A stretch of 64,000 nt of DNA from Takakia lepidozioides (taxonomy: Eukaryota; Plantae; Bryophyta), in contig CM060732.1 in the NCBI GenBank assembly GCA_030704615.1, forward strand, positions 34,782,001-34,846,000, given 5' to 3'. Made by a program: the position numbers and the translations under genes. The notes below the pieces were generated by a model. The model saw nothing but the letters and a program-made list of their open reading frames with translations, was not told the origin of the DNA and searched no databases. Shown in pieces: positions 25,874-38,790 of this stretch. Each line of letters opens with the position of its first letter. The stretch's first letter is position 1.

Positions 25874-28800
25874 CACTACAGCAAATGGGGGGGGGGGTTT
25901 TGCGACGCCAGCCGCGACCCCACGCCCCGCGCGGCGCCGAGCGTGCGACACCAACCCCGCAGGCCGCCACCTGGTGCTGGGGCCAGGCGGCGACGCCGGG
26001 CCGTCGCACGGAGTGATGGAGGGCAAATGGCAGCCCTTCCGTGCGACGCCCTAGCGAAGGGCAGAAGGCAGCCCTTTCGGGCGACAGCCGCTCGTCGCAC
26101 GCCGGAAAAAAAAAAAAACCCTTCTTTCATCGCAGCCCTTTCTTGCGACGCCAGGCCGTCGCATGGTGCCATGAAGGGCAAAAGGCCCCTGTGACGGCGG
26201 GCGTCGCAAACTGCCCGGCTGCCCTATTTTTGCAAAAAAAAAAAAAATTGGGTCACAGTGTGCAACGGCTGGCCGTCGCCGTGTGCGACCCCCGGCCTCA
26301 TAAATCCATTAAAAAAAACTGGTCGCAGATGGCGACGATTGGCCGTCGCCGTTTGCAACCCCAGGCCTAAAAAACTCGTCGCAGGTGGCGACGCGTGGGG
26401 GTCGCAGGCAGCGACGGCAGGGCTTTCTAGGTTTAGGTTTAGGGCCTTTGGGGGTTCTTAGTTTTTTTTTTTTTTCATATGGTACTAGGGTAGGGTGTTT
26501 GTTTTTCTTTATGGTTTAGCTTGTTGTTGTGGACCTTCTTGTAGATTGTGACATTCATTTTTATAATTCTCTTGATACCACATCTGTATGTGTTGCTCCA
26601 ACATATTCATTGCCTCTGCCTTCTTTCTTGAAAGACTACCAGCCACAACCATATTTGATGAATCATAGAAATAAACTACAATATGCATGTACATGTACAA
26701 TCAATCGAAGGGATGGGTCATGTTTGGTGCGAGAATTGTTATGTAGCTTTGATTTTGTGTCTAATCAATTTGAACATCATCATCCGGAGCCTCTTCATCC
26801 TCATCAAGCTGCAAGTCTTCTTGGTCATCGGAGTCATCGTCATAAATGGCCCGGCCCTCAAAAGGCACCTCCGAATCATCCTCCACCTTGTTGTCAATGG
26901 CCGTGTCTTCGTCTCCTTCTCCAACATCTGTATCTTCTCGAGCTTCATCATATAGGGTCCAGGATGCATTGTCCGGGGCGTCATCATCATCTTCTACCCC
27001 CTCTACCCAACCTCCATCATCAGCATCATTATGATCAGTCTCTCCGTCCACCGTAATTGCCTCACCCCATAGAGATCTGAGACCATGATAGATACGTCTT
27101 CTTCTTGGCTGAGCATGCACAACCACCTTCCAATTCCCCCCTCTTGTTTCGTCATCGGAGAAAAAAACTTGCTCCATGTCTAAAGGCCGTGAAAAAGGCT
27201 CATAGGAGGGACGATGAGTAGGGTTGAGCCTTTCTGCATTGACGCGCATGAAACCACAATCATCTTGCACTAGTGTTGCGGAGGGCCCCACAAGATGTGG
27301 CTGGAACCACCTTCCTTTGAAGAGAAGAGGCCGGTACCTTGTATACTGAAGTTGGAGTATGTTCTCAAGCTCTCCAATGTACTCAAGTTTGCTCATAGCA
27401 GGTCGTGTATCTCCCTTGCCCCACATGAAATCTTGCCAATATGTGGCACACAAGCCAGAATCAAAGGTTGTTTTGCGCTTCATGTCAAGAGCACGAATGC
27501 GGAAATGACGACCATGAACCCAAACCGCCGTGTATGAGGTCGCGAATTGAGAGGGGCCCCTTGCAATGTCTTGCACCAAATCTGAAACCACCTCTCCTTG
27601 AGCAACGGAAGTTTGAAGCCACTGTTGGAATGAACTTAGAGGCTGCAATTCCATGGGCAAATTTTGTGAAGGAACATTTCGGCGGCCCGCTCCTCGTCGT
27701 GGGCGTCTAGTAACTGGCCTTGGATGGTTCCGCCTCCATGCAAGCGTCTCCTCCTCTCGTTGCTAAACAAGATTATTGTATCTTGTCTCCCACTCATGTA
27801 TGGATGGGGTGTTCTTCAGTATGAAGTCATGCGCTTGCTCAATCACCAAGGTCGGCAATTTTACCCTCTTCGATTTTTTGGGCAAAACGATGTCATTGGT
27901 TCGTGCATCCTCCTCTTCCTTCCACATCCGAGGGGCTTCCTCATCCACCCTTGTCATGTACTCTGTGCAATTGAACATAGCTTCTGTATACCCCTCCGCC
28001 ATGCTACCCTCCGGGTGCGCCATTTGTTTTACAAATCCTTTCAAAGTCTTCATATAACGCTCAAGGAAGTACATCCACCGAGAATGAACGGGGCCGGCAA
28101 TCGAAGCCTCTTCCACTAAGTGCACTACCAAGTGCACTTGGATGTCAAAGAAGGAGGGAGGAAGGTGCATCTCTAACATACACATTACCTCCGCCGCCTC
28201 CTTCTTCATGCGTGGAAAATCTGCTTCTTCCAACTCTTTGAAGCAAATCCACCGGAACAAGCCTCCCAATCTATAGATTGTCTCATGAGCCTCGGGAGTC
28301 AATGTCCCACGTACTGCAATGGGCAAAATGTTTTGAAATAGATTGTGGCAGTCATGAGACTTCAAACCATGGACCCGTCTTCTTTGCTGAACTTCGTACG
28401 GAGGGATGACCCATAACCAGTTGGTGTTTGGACATCACTTATGGTGGCTATCACTTTTGTATTCCTCCTTTGTCCATTGCCAAAGTGCGCGCCTATACTT
28501 CCACCGTACAATACCCTTTGGGTCCACACCATTTTGTTCGGCCCATAGATGGCGCATGCGACCCTGCTCCTCAAACTCCTTTCTAACACCGAGAGAATCT
28601 CCTTTTGCAGCCACTCCCTTCTTTGCCGGCGTGCCATGAAGAACCCGAAAAAGGGACGAGCAGACATTCTTCTCAAATATGCATGGGATCTAGAAGATGA
28701 CAAATCTTCAGGTCCTACATATATCCCCACCCACAAAGATTTACACAAAATTTTTTACGTGAAAGTGACAATGCAACGCATACCAAATGTGCAATATCAC

Positions 28801-31800
28801 ATGCATGCATAGGGATATTGACGGTGTTTTTGTGGAATATGTACCGCCCAATATGACAACTCGTAGAAGATTGAAAGTCGTTTCATGCCGGGCACGTCCA
28901 CTTCACCGTCCGTGTCCGCATGGACCTCCTTCCATCGGTCCTCCCAAAACTGCCCGGACGGTGTCATAGGGGGGAGACGTACTTCCTCTTTGCCATCAAA
29001 CAAGTGTTTCTCTCTTCTTCTCCATCGATGGCTCATAAGAAGAAATTTGTGATAGTTGGGATACACCATCTTGTGAAGATGGCGGGAACTATGTGCATCA
29101 AGATCATCGCCACAATGCAAGCATGCATGGTACCTTTTGGTGCTTAGCCCCGAGAAAACAGTTAGTCTTGTACTACACATCCCGCCACATTAGCAAAAAC
29201 AAAAAGTTGTCATGTGCATGGCCCATAATGTCATCTACCCCACTACGGTGCACAAGACTGTCGCCGCTACTTCAATCAATCCCAATTTTCATCGATATTA
29301 TCCGGCATTGACAAATGAATGTACGCGGGTTGTTCATGGGGAACATAATATACCTGGATAATCATGCATTGTCCAAAGCAAGATGCATCTCATCTGAAAA
29401 GATTGTCCGGCCATAAGGTCAAGTGAAGCATCCAATGCCAGGACCCCCCTCCATAGCTCTTTAAGTTCATCAACAAGAGGTCGCAAGTACGTGTCCGTGT
29501 TTACCACTTGTTTTTTCCCTAGGAGACATTCACATCATTGTTTCAATACTCCACCAATATGCAGATTGTGACTACAAAATGAATTACACGTCTTATTCCA
29601 TGATTATGTTAATCATCAATCTTGCATCTGAATTGCGTCAAAGATCAGAAGTTCAATGTAAAGTCGAAGGCAATAATAAACATGAAATGAGTACACTCAC
29701 CTGACACAATGACAGCCAACATGATATGGCCTTTTTTAATTGAAAGATACGGAGGGATGTTGTAATTCACCATGGTCACCGGCCAAGTGGAATGACTACA
29801 TGACTAGACAGAGAATGGGTTGACCCCATCCGAGGAGAAGCCGAGGTGGACATGTCGTGGATCCTCTAAGAGAAAAGGCCACATCTCTTTAATATGCCTC
29901 CATGCTTGTGAATCTTGTGGCCCGCACACCTTTCCCAGGGGGCTCCCATGCGAGGCGTGCCATCTCATGAGTCTGGCCAATTCGGGGCTTCGGTACTGTG
30001 CCCTCAATCGCGGGATGATCGGAAAGTAATGCATTTTCTAGGATGAAATATCCCACGCCCCCCACATGTAATCATCCCATTAGCACACATAATACAACAC
30101 CCTTATGCATTTCCCTTTATGCAGCCTCTCCCTCATTTGGGTGTGAATGGTCAAAACCATACGTCGCTCCTTCCACTCCTCACTCACTCCTTTCAAAACC
30201 ACAATCAGATCTTGCATGAGTACTACTCTCTAAGCCCTAAACTTTGTGGAATACACTTTACATACATTGAGAAGATTAAAGAAAATAATCTCCATGCGAG
30301 GGGGAATGGCGCTTATACCTTGCGTGGTACTTTTTTCCTTTGGACATCACCCCGATATCGGTCTTTCTTGCACTTTGGGCACTTGGTGAGATGCGAATCT
30401 TCTCCGTAGTATAGGGTTTTATCACATGGACATGCATGAAAAATCTTATAGCCCATCCCCAAAGACTTCGCGTGCCTCTTTCCGCGACCGTGTCTTGGGT
30501 TTCAAGTGTGGAGCAAGGATATAGTCTGCAATAGTTCGCATTATGGCAGACATCCCAACATTACTTATGCCAAATCAAATTTGAAGATTGAGCAAAAGTA
30601 AGATTGTTGAAAGTCGACTCACTTTCGCCCCTTCGTACAAAGGAGTTCTCGCCTCCCTCTCCATGTCATTTGAGGGGGCCATTTCAGGATTATCGATTGG
30701 CCGGGTTCCCTCTCCATGGGATGCATCAGCGCCCACATGATGCATTAAGAGATCCTCCATGGCTTGCACATCCTCCTGGTTAATTCCATGCTCATTGTTG
30801 TTGTCACTGTCACTATCACTGTCATCGTCATCATCGTCCGGTACCGTGGGGGCGGCGTCTCGCCCACGGCTCCCGCCTGATGTACTTGGGTTGTTTTCGG
30901 ATGGGGTGCCAAGAGAAAAGACTGGGAAGGGATGAAGAAAGTCTTAATACGAACAAATGAACATAGGGACATATATTATAATGTGTCATTGCAACCATAC
31001 ACTTCATTATAAGCGAAATGCAAACAACAACCTTCAATGTGTGTGTGCATCAAATATGTCATTCAATAATTACATGTATGTGCGCAACGTACACGCATGC
31101 AAAGTTTCAAACCCAAACAAAATCATTTGCCCCTCCAATGACGCATTCACCCTATCAACCAATTTTTGTTTATTAATATGAAAGAAAATCCTCTCATGCC
31201 ATTGCACCCAACAAACGGATGTGGCTCAAGCTTCATTTTTTTCTACATGTGCTTAAATATGTGTGCAACACCTGTACAAAGATCCAGCAGGTTTTTTTTA
31301 TAAAAATAATTATTTTTAATTTTTTATTTTTAAAAAAATGCCTCCCCAACGACGCACTCATCCTTGCACCAATTTTGAATTAAATCGAATTTAAAATAAA
31401 TATTTGCATTTAGAAAATATAATTGCGGTTTTGAGGGGCGTAATGATTTTTTTTTTTAGCTCTATTTTGTTCTGTGACATCGGGCTTTGCACCACTACAT
31501 CCATGCAAAAAATGGGACAAAAAAAAATGGAAAAAAAAAAAGTATGTTTCTAGGATCACTTTTGCAGATCTCTATATGAAGAGTGCATGAAGTTGAAGAT
31601 TACTCAACTTTGGAGTGCAAATGAGAGAACAAAATCTGGTTATCGGTCCAAATGACTTTTGTTTACTCCCAAATTTTTCACGCACATTGCATATGCTATC
31701 ATTAAGCATATGGCTTGAAAATGGAATAAAAAAAAAAATCATCTGCAGGCGAAACACAATTTTCCGTCTCTATGACACGTAGCTGCGTTCAACACTAGAA

Positions 31801-33640
31801 TGACCCATTGAATCAACTTGGTTCAAGCTCATATTTGGTCCACATATACATAAGTATGTTTAGATCACATATGCAAAGTTGCAACCCACACGAGCAACAA
31901 GAAAAAAATTTACATCAATCGATTAATCGGATGTATACAAAGTACATCATGAGAATATCTACAATGTCCCTCTACGTGATCCCTGTCTCAAAGGAACCCT
32001 ATTTCTATCATACACATCCCACTCACGCTGTAATCGGAAATCCCAATCATCATGGGAGAACTCGTATGATGCAAATAGTTCGCTGCCAGCCCTAATAGTC
32101 CTACTAACACATGTCCTCACAAACATGTACATCCCCTCACAGTATATTGACGTATGACCACAAACGCTCTCATGCCCATCGCTTCGCTCGTCCCTTACTA
32201 CATTGGTTCTCCTAGGATGACCAAAAGAACTATTGACCAGCCTAGCAACATTGCCGAAGATGTCGGGGTCACCATCACAAAATCTGATCTCAATGGGAGA
32301 CAACCCTCGTCTACGTACATCCGGTCCGTTGACACACAAAATGTATGGTAGGATGTATGGGGCTTCGAGGCGTAATATACGGAACTCCGCGGAGGTGTAG
32401 TATGGACCATAGTAGGGAAACAAGTCCACCATGCTGTTTCTCCGAGGAAGAACCATAATATCATTGACCGTGAATAAACCCCGACCCATAACAGGGTCTG
32501 TAGCGGCTCTCACAACATACCGTCTCCCCCAATACTCGAACTCCACATTTTCTCGGAGGGGGGTGGGAGGGTCGAGATGATTCCCCCAACAACGAGGCTG
32601 GACGGTCCTCAGTAACATAGTCCTATGCGCTTCCCATCGGGGGCGAGGATCCGGCTCAGGCTGCCCAAGCCAAAAGGGAGGAAACCTAGGGCGAAGCCGA
32701 CCCCTCCTAGGGGTTCGGGGGGCACATGCACGTGGAGGTGGAGGTGGAGGTGGTGGTGGGTGGAGGTGGTATGCTGGCGGAGGAGATGAAGGTGGAGGTG
32801 GTTGAGGATGTAATGTCGGAGGTGCAGCCGGGGGTACAACCAGAGGTGGATCAGGCAAAGAAACAGACGAGGGGGGGAGGCCACAATCAGGGGGACCGCC
32901 TGAGGAAACTGGAGGGGGGGGCCTACTCGTCGCCGGCCATAACGCCTACGACACCTACGATACCCCTCGACCCTACGCATCTCATCTATGTGTTGCTGGG
33001 GGAACCAACTGGTCACATCGGGCACATGCTCTGGCACAAATTCTGCAAGTAGACCGGCGCGAAATGCCTCATGTGCAATGTGATTGCGAGCTTGGGCATC
33101 AAGTCGTGGCTGCAATGTGCGTAGTGAACGACGCATCAATACTTATGTCGTAATTTTGATTCATGTATGTTTACCAATCATACTATATTATTAGATAAAC
33201 CTAAATGTACCTTAAATGAATGTTAATGAGAGGGGTGGGAAAAACACTCACCTTTGCCGTTCTTCTTGTAATGTTTTTCGACAACATGCGGTCGCCGCCT
33301 CGGTGGTCTGGTGCCGCCCGGCGGTATCCGTTCCCAACACTTAGTGCACCAACACTCAATCCTGTCGAGGGGGTCAAAGGTGGACGTGGTTGGACAGGGT
33401 GGCCCGCGAGGGGGCAACCCGCGGCGCGCCCGACTCGATCCGGAGTGTCAACATCCTCCACATCACCTGAAATTTGGCCCCGGTCCCTTCTACGATTGTG
33501 CCTGGCAGCCTGTATTGGATCAGGTGCAATGGGTGCCTCCTCGCCACGAAAAATGGTCGCTCTAGGGCCACAATCGATATGTGGTACTACCTCCCCATCC
33601 TCGAGGGAGACGGGTCGATGTTTCCTCACCATCCCATCCT
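25874..33640 (-). mobile_element. CACTA/EnSpm transposon with intron-containing TnpD-like transposase; far end not found
   Basis: CACTACAGCAAAT terminus at 25874, followed by GCGACG/CGTCGC subterminal repeats to ~26420. DUF4216-like 26761-27660, DUF4218-like (MKSHDCH..PPSFFDIQVHL..RWMYFLERYM) 27763-28365, Transposase_21-like (YFPIIPRL, DSQAW, SDGVNPF) 28360-30035, and an N-terminal CWCTKC..H exon at ~33252-33632. Confidence 0.92.
31959..33139 (-). CDS. Proline-rich SET-domain-like protein (putative lysine methyltransferase) inside the CACTA element
   Basis: ORF 31959-32858 has SET motifs in the expected order: MGRGLFT, FPYYGP, DGD..FGNVARLVNSS (cf. GNxxRFINHS) and RTIRAGSELFASY (cf. RDIxxGEELxxDY). 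The upstream overlapping ORF 32609-33139 is probably joined across a poly-C frameshift. Confidence 0.75.
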
Positions 33641-36600
33641 AATTAACACACACCACCAACACTTTCATTTCTCAAAAACCGTTGGCAAAAAAACCTATGC
33701 CTCAGCCTCGGGGCTTTCAAAATTGGTAACCAAAGGCGGAGCATCCCTATGGTGCTAGAGACAATAAATCCTTCCTCTCGTTCTATCTTCAGGATGCTTA
33801 TACTATGGAAAAATTTGTTGAGACCCAGCGCTTTGCGATTATCAGATTGAACCACATTTTGGGTATGTGAATCCTAATTACACCGTTTATCCTTTTAACC
33901 CCAAGACCCACAACCAAAACCGCCAATCCAAAACCCAGCACCATAAAGAAAAGCAAACACCACAATGTTAATATCAACCCCATTTGTAGCCACCAAGGCT
34001 CTCAGTGCTGCAACCATCCAGCCTAATGTTATCAGTTGTCATCACCTGCCATGAGCTCCAGCAAAGGCAACCAACATACCTTTCCGTTGTTTCAAGCCAA
34101 CATTAAGAGAGGAAAGCGTTGAGGTAATAAATTGATGGATAGGAAGAAATATTACCTCTTGTTCTGAATGGTGTACTTTGCCAGGTGAGGAATGTTTGCT
34201 CTCCATATTGTGGGTGCCCTTTGGAGTGGGGACATCTTCACCACCATCAGACGACAGCTGCTGGGCTCTGCCACCTATTTTCCTCTTTGCACCCCCCCCC
34301 ACCCTTACCCTTTCCTCCCTGACAACTCTCCCCTTGTGCAAGATGACCTTCCAAAGCAGTTGCAGATGAGGAAAGGTTCAGAGTCTGCCCTGCTTTCAAC
34401 TTCACCAGGACCCCGCCTCTTTTTTTACCTTTTTCCTTAGCTCCTCTCTTCACCCTCTTGTTGCTGTCCATCTCTGGGACCTTTTCCTCACATTGTGAAC
34501 TAGAATCTTTGGATTTACTGGGATCATCAGACGCTGTATGTGTCCCACCAGGCGTTGCGCGTGCCACTTCACTTTCCCCAGAGCATTTTGTAAGGGCTTC
34601 TCCCGTTTCCTTGCCTCCTCCCTTCATCCCCTTGCTACTCTCCAGCTGTACAACCTCTACTTCATGTTCTGAACCACACTCCTTGGACTCGAGCGGAATT
34701 ACTTTGTGTTGGGTGGCTCGGCAAGGCCCCCAGCAGGTGATCCCCCCCCCTCTTCTGCATCTTTAAATGCAGATCCTAGACTCTTCCTAGAAATAGTTGA
34801 GGCAGAGGGTAATTTACGGGTGTCTGTAGGAGCTTCTTGCCCATGGGGAGGCGACGCTTTAAGAACCATGGCAGCATCACTCATTGCTTTGAGCACCAAC
34901 GCCATCATGTCCTTAACCTCTCGTCGACTCTCAACTATCTATGCTGACATGTCATTCAGCCGTGAATCCACTCCACTTCTCCAACTGGTGATTCCCTCCA
35001 GCTGCTGTGACAGCGCACTCCCGGACCCCTGCAGACATCCCAACGTCATCAGCAATAGAACCTGCATGTGGTTTGCCCAAAGAGAAATAGAGAGTAGAGA
35101 CAGAGGGAAAAACAAAACACATGAAGAGACTTCCACAAGTTCCCAAGGGCTCAGGTTGCACAGTACAACAACAGGGACCACATGTCAAAGAGGCACCAAA
35201 AACCAGGCAAAGCCGACATTGTATCTTTGACAATTATTCAGCAACGGCCACGAATGATGGTCAGCAGCCATGGCCACCAATGAAGAGACATGTACAAATG
35301 AATGCAACTGCATTCGAGTATGTAAAATAACCAGCCTTGCCACGACCTTATAAATAAACTCTTAACCCCTTGTTTCCATGACTTCCAACCTCCCAGCACT
35401 CAAACATCGACGAGAACAAGAACAGCTGCTACTCTGGGTGATGTGCCATTCATGATGAAGCCAAAACTAAATCCACACGTTTCTCCCCTTCAGCTGCAGC
35501 TCGTGTTCAATCACGACAACAATATGATACCTATTCAGCTCATGGTTAGTCATTACAAGCAGCAACAACAAATAAATATCAAAACGACACAAACAGCTAC
35601 TACACCTAATGGAAACCCATCTTTAAAGAACCAAAAAAAAGCGTACGGATTAAGTGTGACCCAAGGGGTTACTGAAGCTCAGGCAATCCAGTTTTGGTAT
35701 GGAATTCTGGACAAGGAGCTCAAGAGAAGGGTGCGAGATGCAACCCTGTTACAAGCAGCCCAACCCACATTAGCAGATGTGTTTCTGCTGGCTGAGCGGA
35801 TTGAGCTCAACATGGTGGGGGAGCGAGTTGTTACAATTGGATTTGGCAAGGACATGCCTGTACGGGGCACAGCTGTCAGCCCACAAGCACAAGGGACTGC
35901 CCAACAGCGTGGTCAGGGGGGCAAGGTTGCCCAGCCCAAGTTCCATGGAGCTTACAGGGGGCCTCAGGTGCAGAGGCCCGTGGCATCTTTTGCAGGCCAA
36001 CAGCAACCAGGGGTGATATGTTGGACATGTGGAGGACCCCATGTCAAGAGAGATTGCCCAGAGAGTGGCAGAAGGCCGGCACAAGCACAGCCTGCACAGT
36101 TGCAGTGTGGGCATTGTGGCAAGTATGGGCATGGAGATGCCCAGTGTTATGACTTGCATCCTGAGTTGCGCCTAGGCCAGTTCCAAGGGAACAATGGTGG
36201 CCGGGGGCGAGGTGGACCAGCCCAGAGAGGACGAGGTGGTCGGGCACGAGGTGCAGGCCAAGGGCAAGCTCAACATGGCCAAGGACGCTTAGGTCAGGGC
36301 GTTGATCAAGGCATGGCCAACCGGCTTCAGCAGCTAGAGCAGAGGCTCGCTGCCATGGCTATAGGTCAGGCGGTACCGGCTCCCAGGCGGGATGGTCCAC
36401 CTCCTGCTCCTGAGGGAGGAGATATGGGAGGCATGGGATTTATGTGCGGAGAGCAGCACTACCACTAGAGCAGGTGGAGTCTGCTGCAGCCGTGACTCGA
36501 GGAGCAGCACGAGTTCCTGAGCCACGAGGTGCAGAGGTGGAATTGGATCCACAGCGTGGGGAGGCAAGCCGTCAGGCAAGGCTTCCTCAGTCATTCACAT

Positions 36601-37809
36601 TGGCGGAGACTGTGTCGACGCCATCCATGGCACCTAGTTCGCCCGACTGTTACCGAGGCGGAGGTTACTATGCCATTGGGGAGAGCTACACGTGCAGCAT
36701 TGACTCCTGCTGCCAAGGCTAGTGCGGCCGGTGTGTTATTGGGGGCAGCCACCTCTGTGTGTCAGGCCCCACTGTTCTCAACAACAATGATTGCGACGCC
36801 GGGGGTGAGACCAGCTGCAGTGTTCAGACTAGCAGCAACACTCTGTGAGAGTGGGGAGGTCACTTCATCTTCTGCGGAGTTAGTGGAAGGTGTAGTGGCA
36901 GAGGGATCCTCGGATTTGAGGGTCAAGACTGCCACGGCTGCGCCATGGCAAGTTGCAGCTGCCAGGTTGACGGAGCTGCCAGCTAGGCCAGCCATTGAGC
37001 GCGCCATGGTAACACCTGGAGTTGTCTTGTTAGACAACCAGGGAGGCATTTTCACTTTGAGTGGACCGGCAGGCAAGAAGTACCGGCCACTGCGGGTCTT
37101 GTTGGACTCAGGAGCTCAGCCACTGATGTTGGGCAGAGCTGCTATTGCAGGTTTGGGCCTCATGGAGGCGGATATGGAGCCTTGTCCTTTCCAGATACAG
37201 ACATCTCTGGGAGGATCAGAGCAGGCTGCGGCATGACACGGCATCAGTTGGCTATTAGACTGCAGCCGGATCATCCTGTAGATGGCTCAGTGATGCGAGC
37301 CAAGGCCATTGTGACAGACGCGGTCTCTTACGATGTCCTCGTTGGTGGGGCAGTGTTATACCCCATGGGCTTCACCCTGGATTTCTGGGAGGAGTCAGCA
37401 TCCTACAGGCCTGGATGGCAGTCAGGGGATGGTCGCCGTGCACAGCTCCCTGTGACATTCATTGGGGGTATTGCAGCTGCCCAGCGGGGCAAGATGCCAA
37501 CACTAGCCGCCTTCACAGCTGCGTTAGTTGGCCTGGAGAGTTGCTGGAAGGCAATGCCCATGCAGAGGATGTGCCACCTCCAGCAGAGCAGGATGACATG
37601 CATGGTACGGCAGAGTTGCCTGCCATGGTTGCTCACACCCGTTGTGGGGTACGAGCAAGGATTTGCAGCAAGCTGCTGATGGACGGGTGCAACAAGCTTG
37701 GGAAGAAGTTTTTGTACCGTCAGGAGAGGGAGGAGAGAGTGCGGTGATTGCACCAGGGCCACCTCAGTTGTCGCCATTGGACACCACACCTCTTGTGTGG
37801 AAGCGGCCG

Positions 37810-38790
37810 GATGAAGGCATTTGCCTTCTGGACTTGTTTGGCGGGATCAGCACCGGATTGGCTGCTGTGCTACAGGCAGGTGTGCGGGTAAGGCGTTACC
37901 TGTATGTGGAGAGGGATGAGACTGCATGACGCGTCTCACTGCGCCATGTGCTCAGTTGGTACAGCAGTACCCTGACTTGTTGCCTGTGTCTGCAGTTCGT
38001 GGATACCAACAAGCCTTGCCAGCAGACATTCTTGTTGGGGCGCAAGATTTGGAGCAGGTTGGCTCCATTGATCTGATAGTGGCAGGTTGGCCCTGCCAAG
38101 GGCATTCATCAGCCGGGCATGGCAATGGATTGCGAGACTCGAGGACGGGTCTGTTTTGGGAGATGGTGCGGATTTTGCGCTGCTTGCAGCTTCATCAAGC
38201 TGTATCTCCAGCATACATCTTGGAGAATGTACCACTGATGGGTGATTCTCGGGCCAGGGTGATGGCCAGTGTGCATCAAGTCCGGTCGTGGCTTAGGTCA
38301 GCAGTGTTGCTGGATGCAGCTGCAGTGGGGTCACGGGCTCATCGTCCACGACTATGGTGGACTAACTTGATGCCACCCGCACTGCTCAAGCGTGCATTTG
38401 ATGGGGTGCAGCGGCCAGCACACCTCACCGTGGATGGCATTTTGGACACAGGAAGGCAGTCTCAACGTGTGAGACACGATGACCGTTTGCCTTTGGCAGT
38501 GGTCAACAGGGTGGGTCAACCACGAGCAGCATTACCTACACTGCTCAGCTTCCCAGGATCCCATGCTTTTCGGGATGGTGGACCTGGCCTCCTGTGGATG
38601 CTCAGTTGCAGCAGTTAGTGGAGCCTAATGCCGACGAGCGAGAGCGGGCTATGGGGTTTTCCACTGGGACCACGGCGGTGCCTTCTCTTTCTGAGGCATC
38701 ACGTCGTCAGGTGTTGGGGCAAGCAATGGATCTCAATTGCTTGACCTGGATTGTCAGCTTGGCTATGGCTGAGCAACGTAGAGTGCGGAG
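37810..38790 (+). pseudogene. C5-cytosine DNA methyltransferase domain (DNMT3-like) within Gypsy pol
   Basis: Motif I LLDLFGGISTGL, IV AGWPCQ, VI YILENV, VIII AHRPRLWWTNL, IX ERERAMGF, X RQVLGQAM. There is a premature TGA at 37927 and frameshifts near 37945 and 38600. Confidence 0.92.

Noticed and set aside
25674-26461. GC-rich ORFs at the CACTA terminus
   Set aside because: These are by-products of subterminal repeats with no protein motifs.
33900-35640. Overlapping 60-170 aa ORFs between the CACTA and the Gypsy gag
   Set aside because: Low complexity with no recognisable domain; left unassigned.
35443-35644. N-terminal part of the 341-aa ORF as gag
   Set aside because: Composition changes abruptly after the poly-A at ~35633-35640; only the downstream part looks like gag.
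37810-38790. Bacterial restriction-modification contamination or a host DRM/CMT/MET1 gene
   Set aside because: The domain is collinear within retrotransposon pol and intronless, with no UBA, BAH or chromo domains and no nuclease partner.
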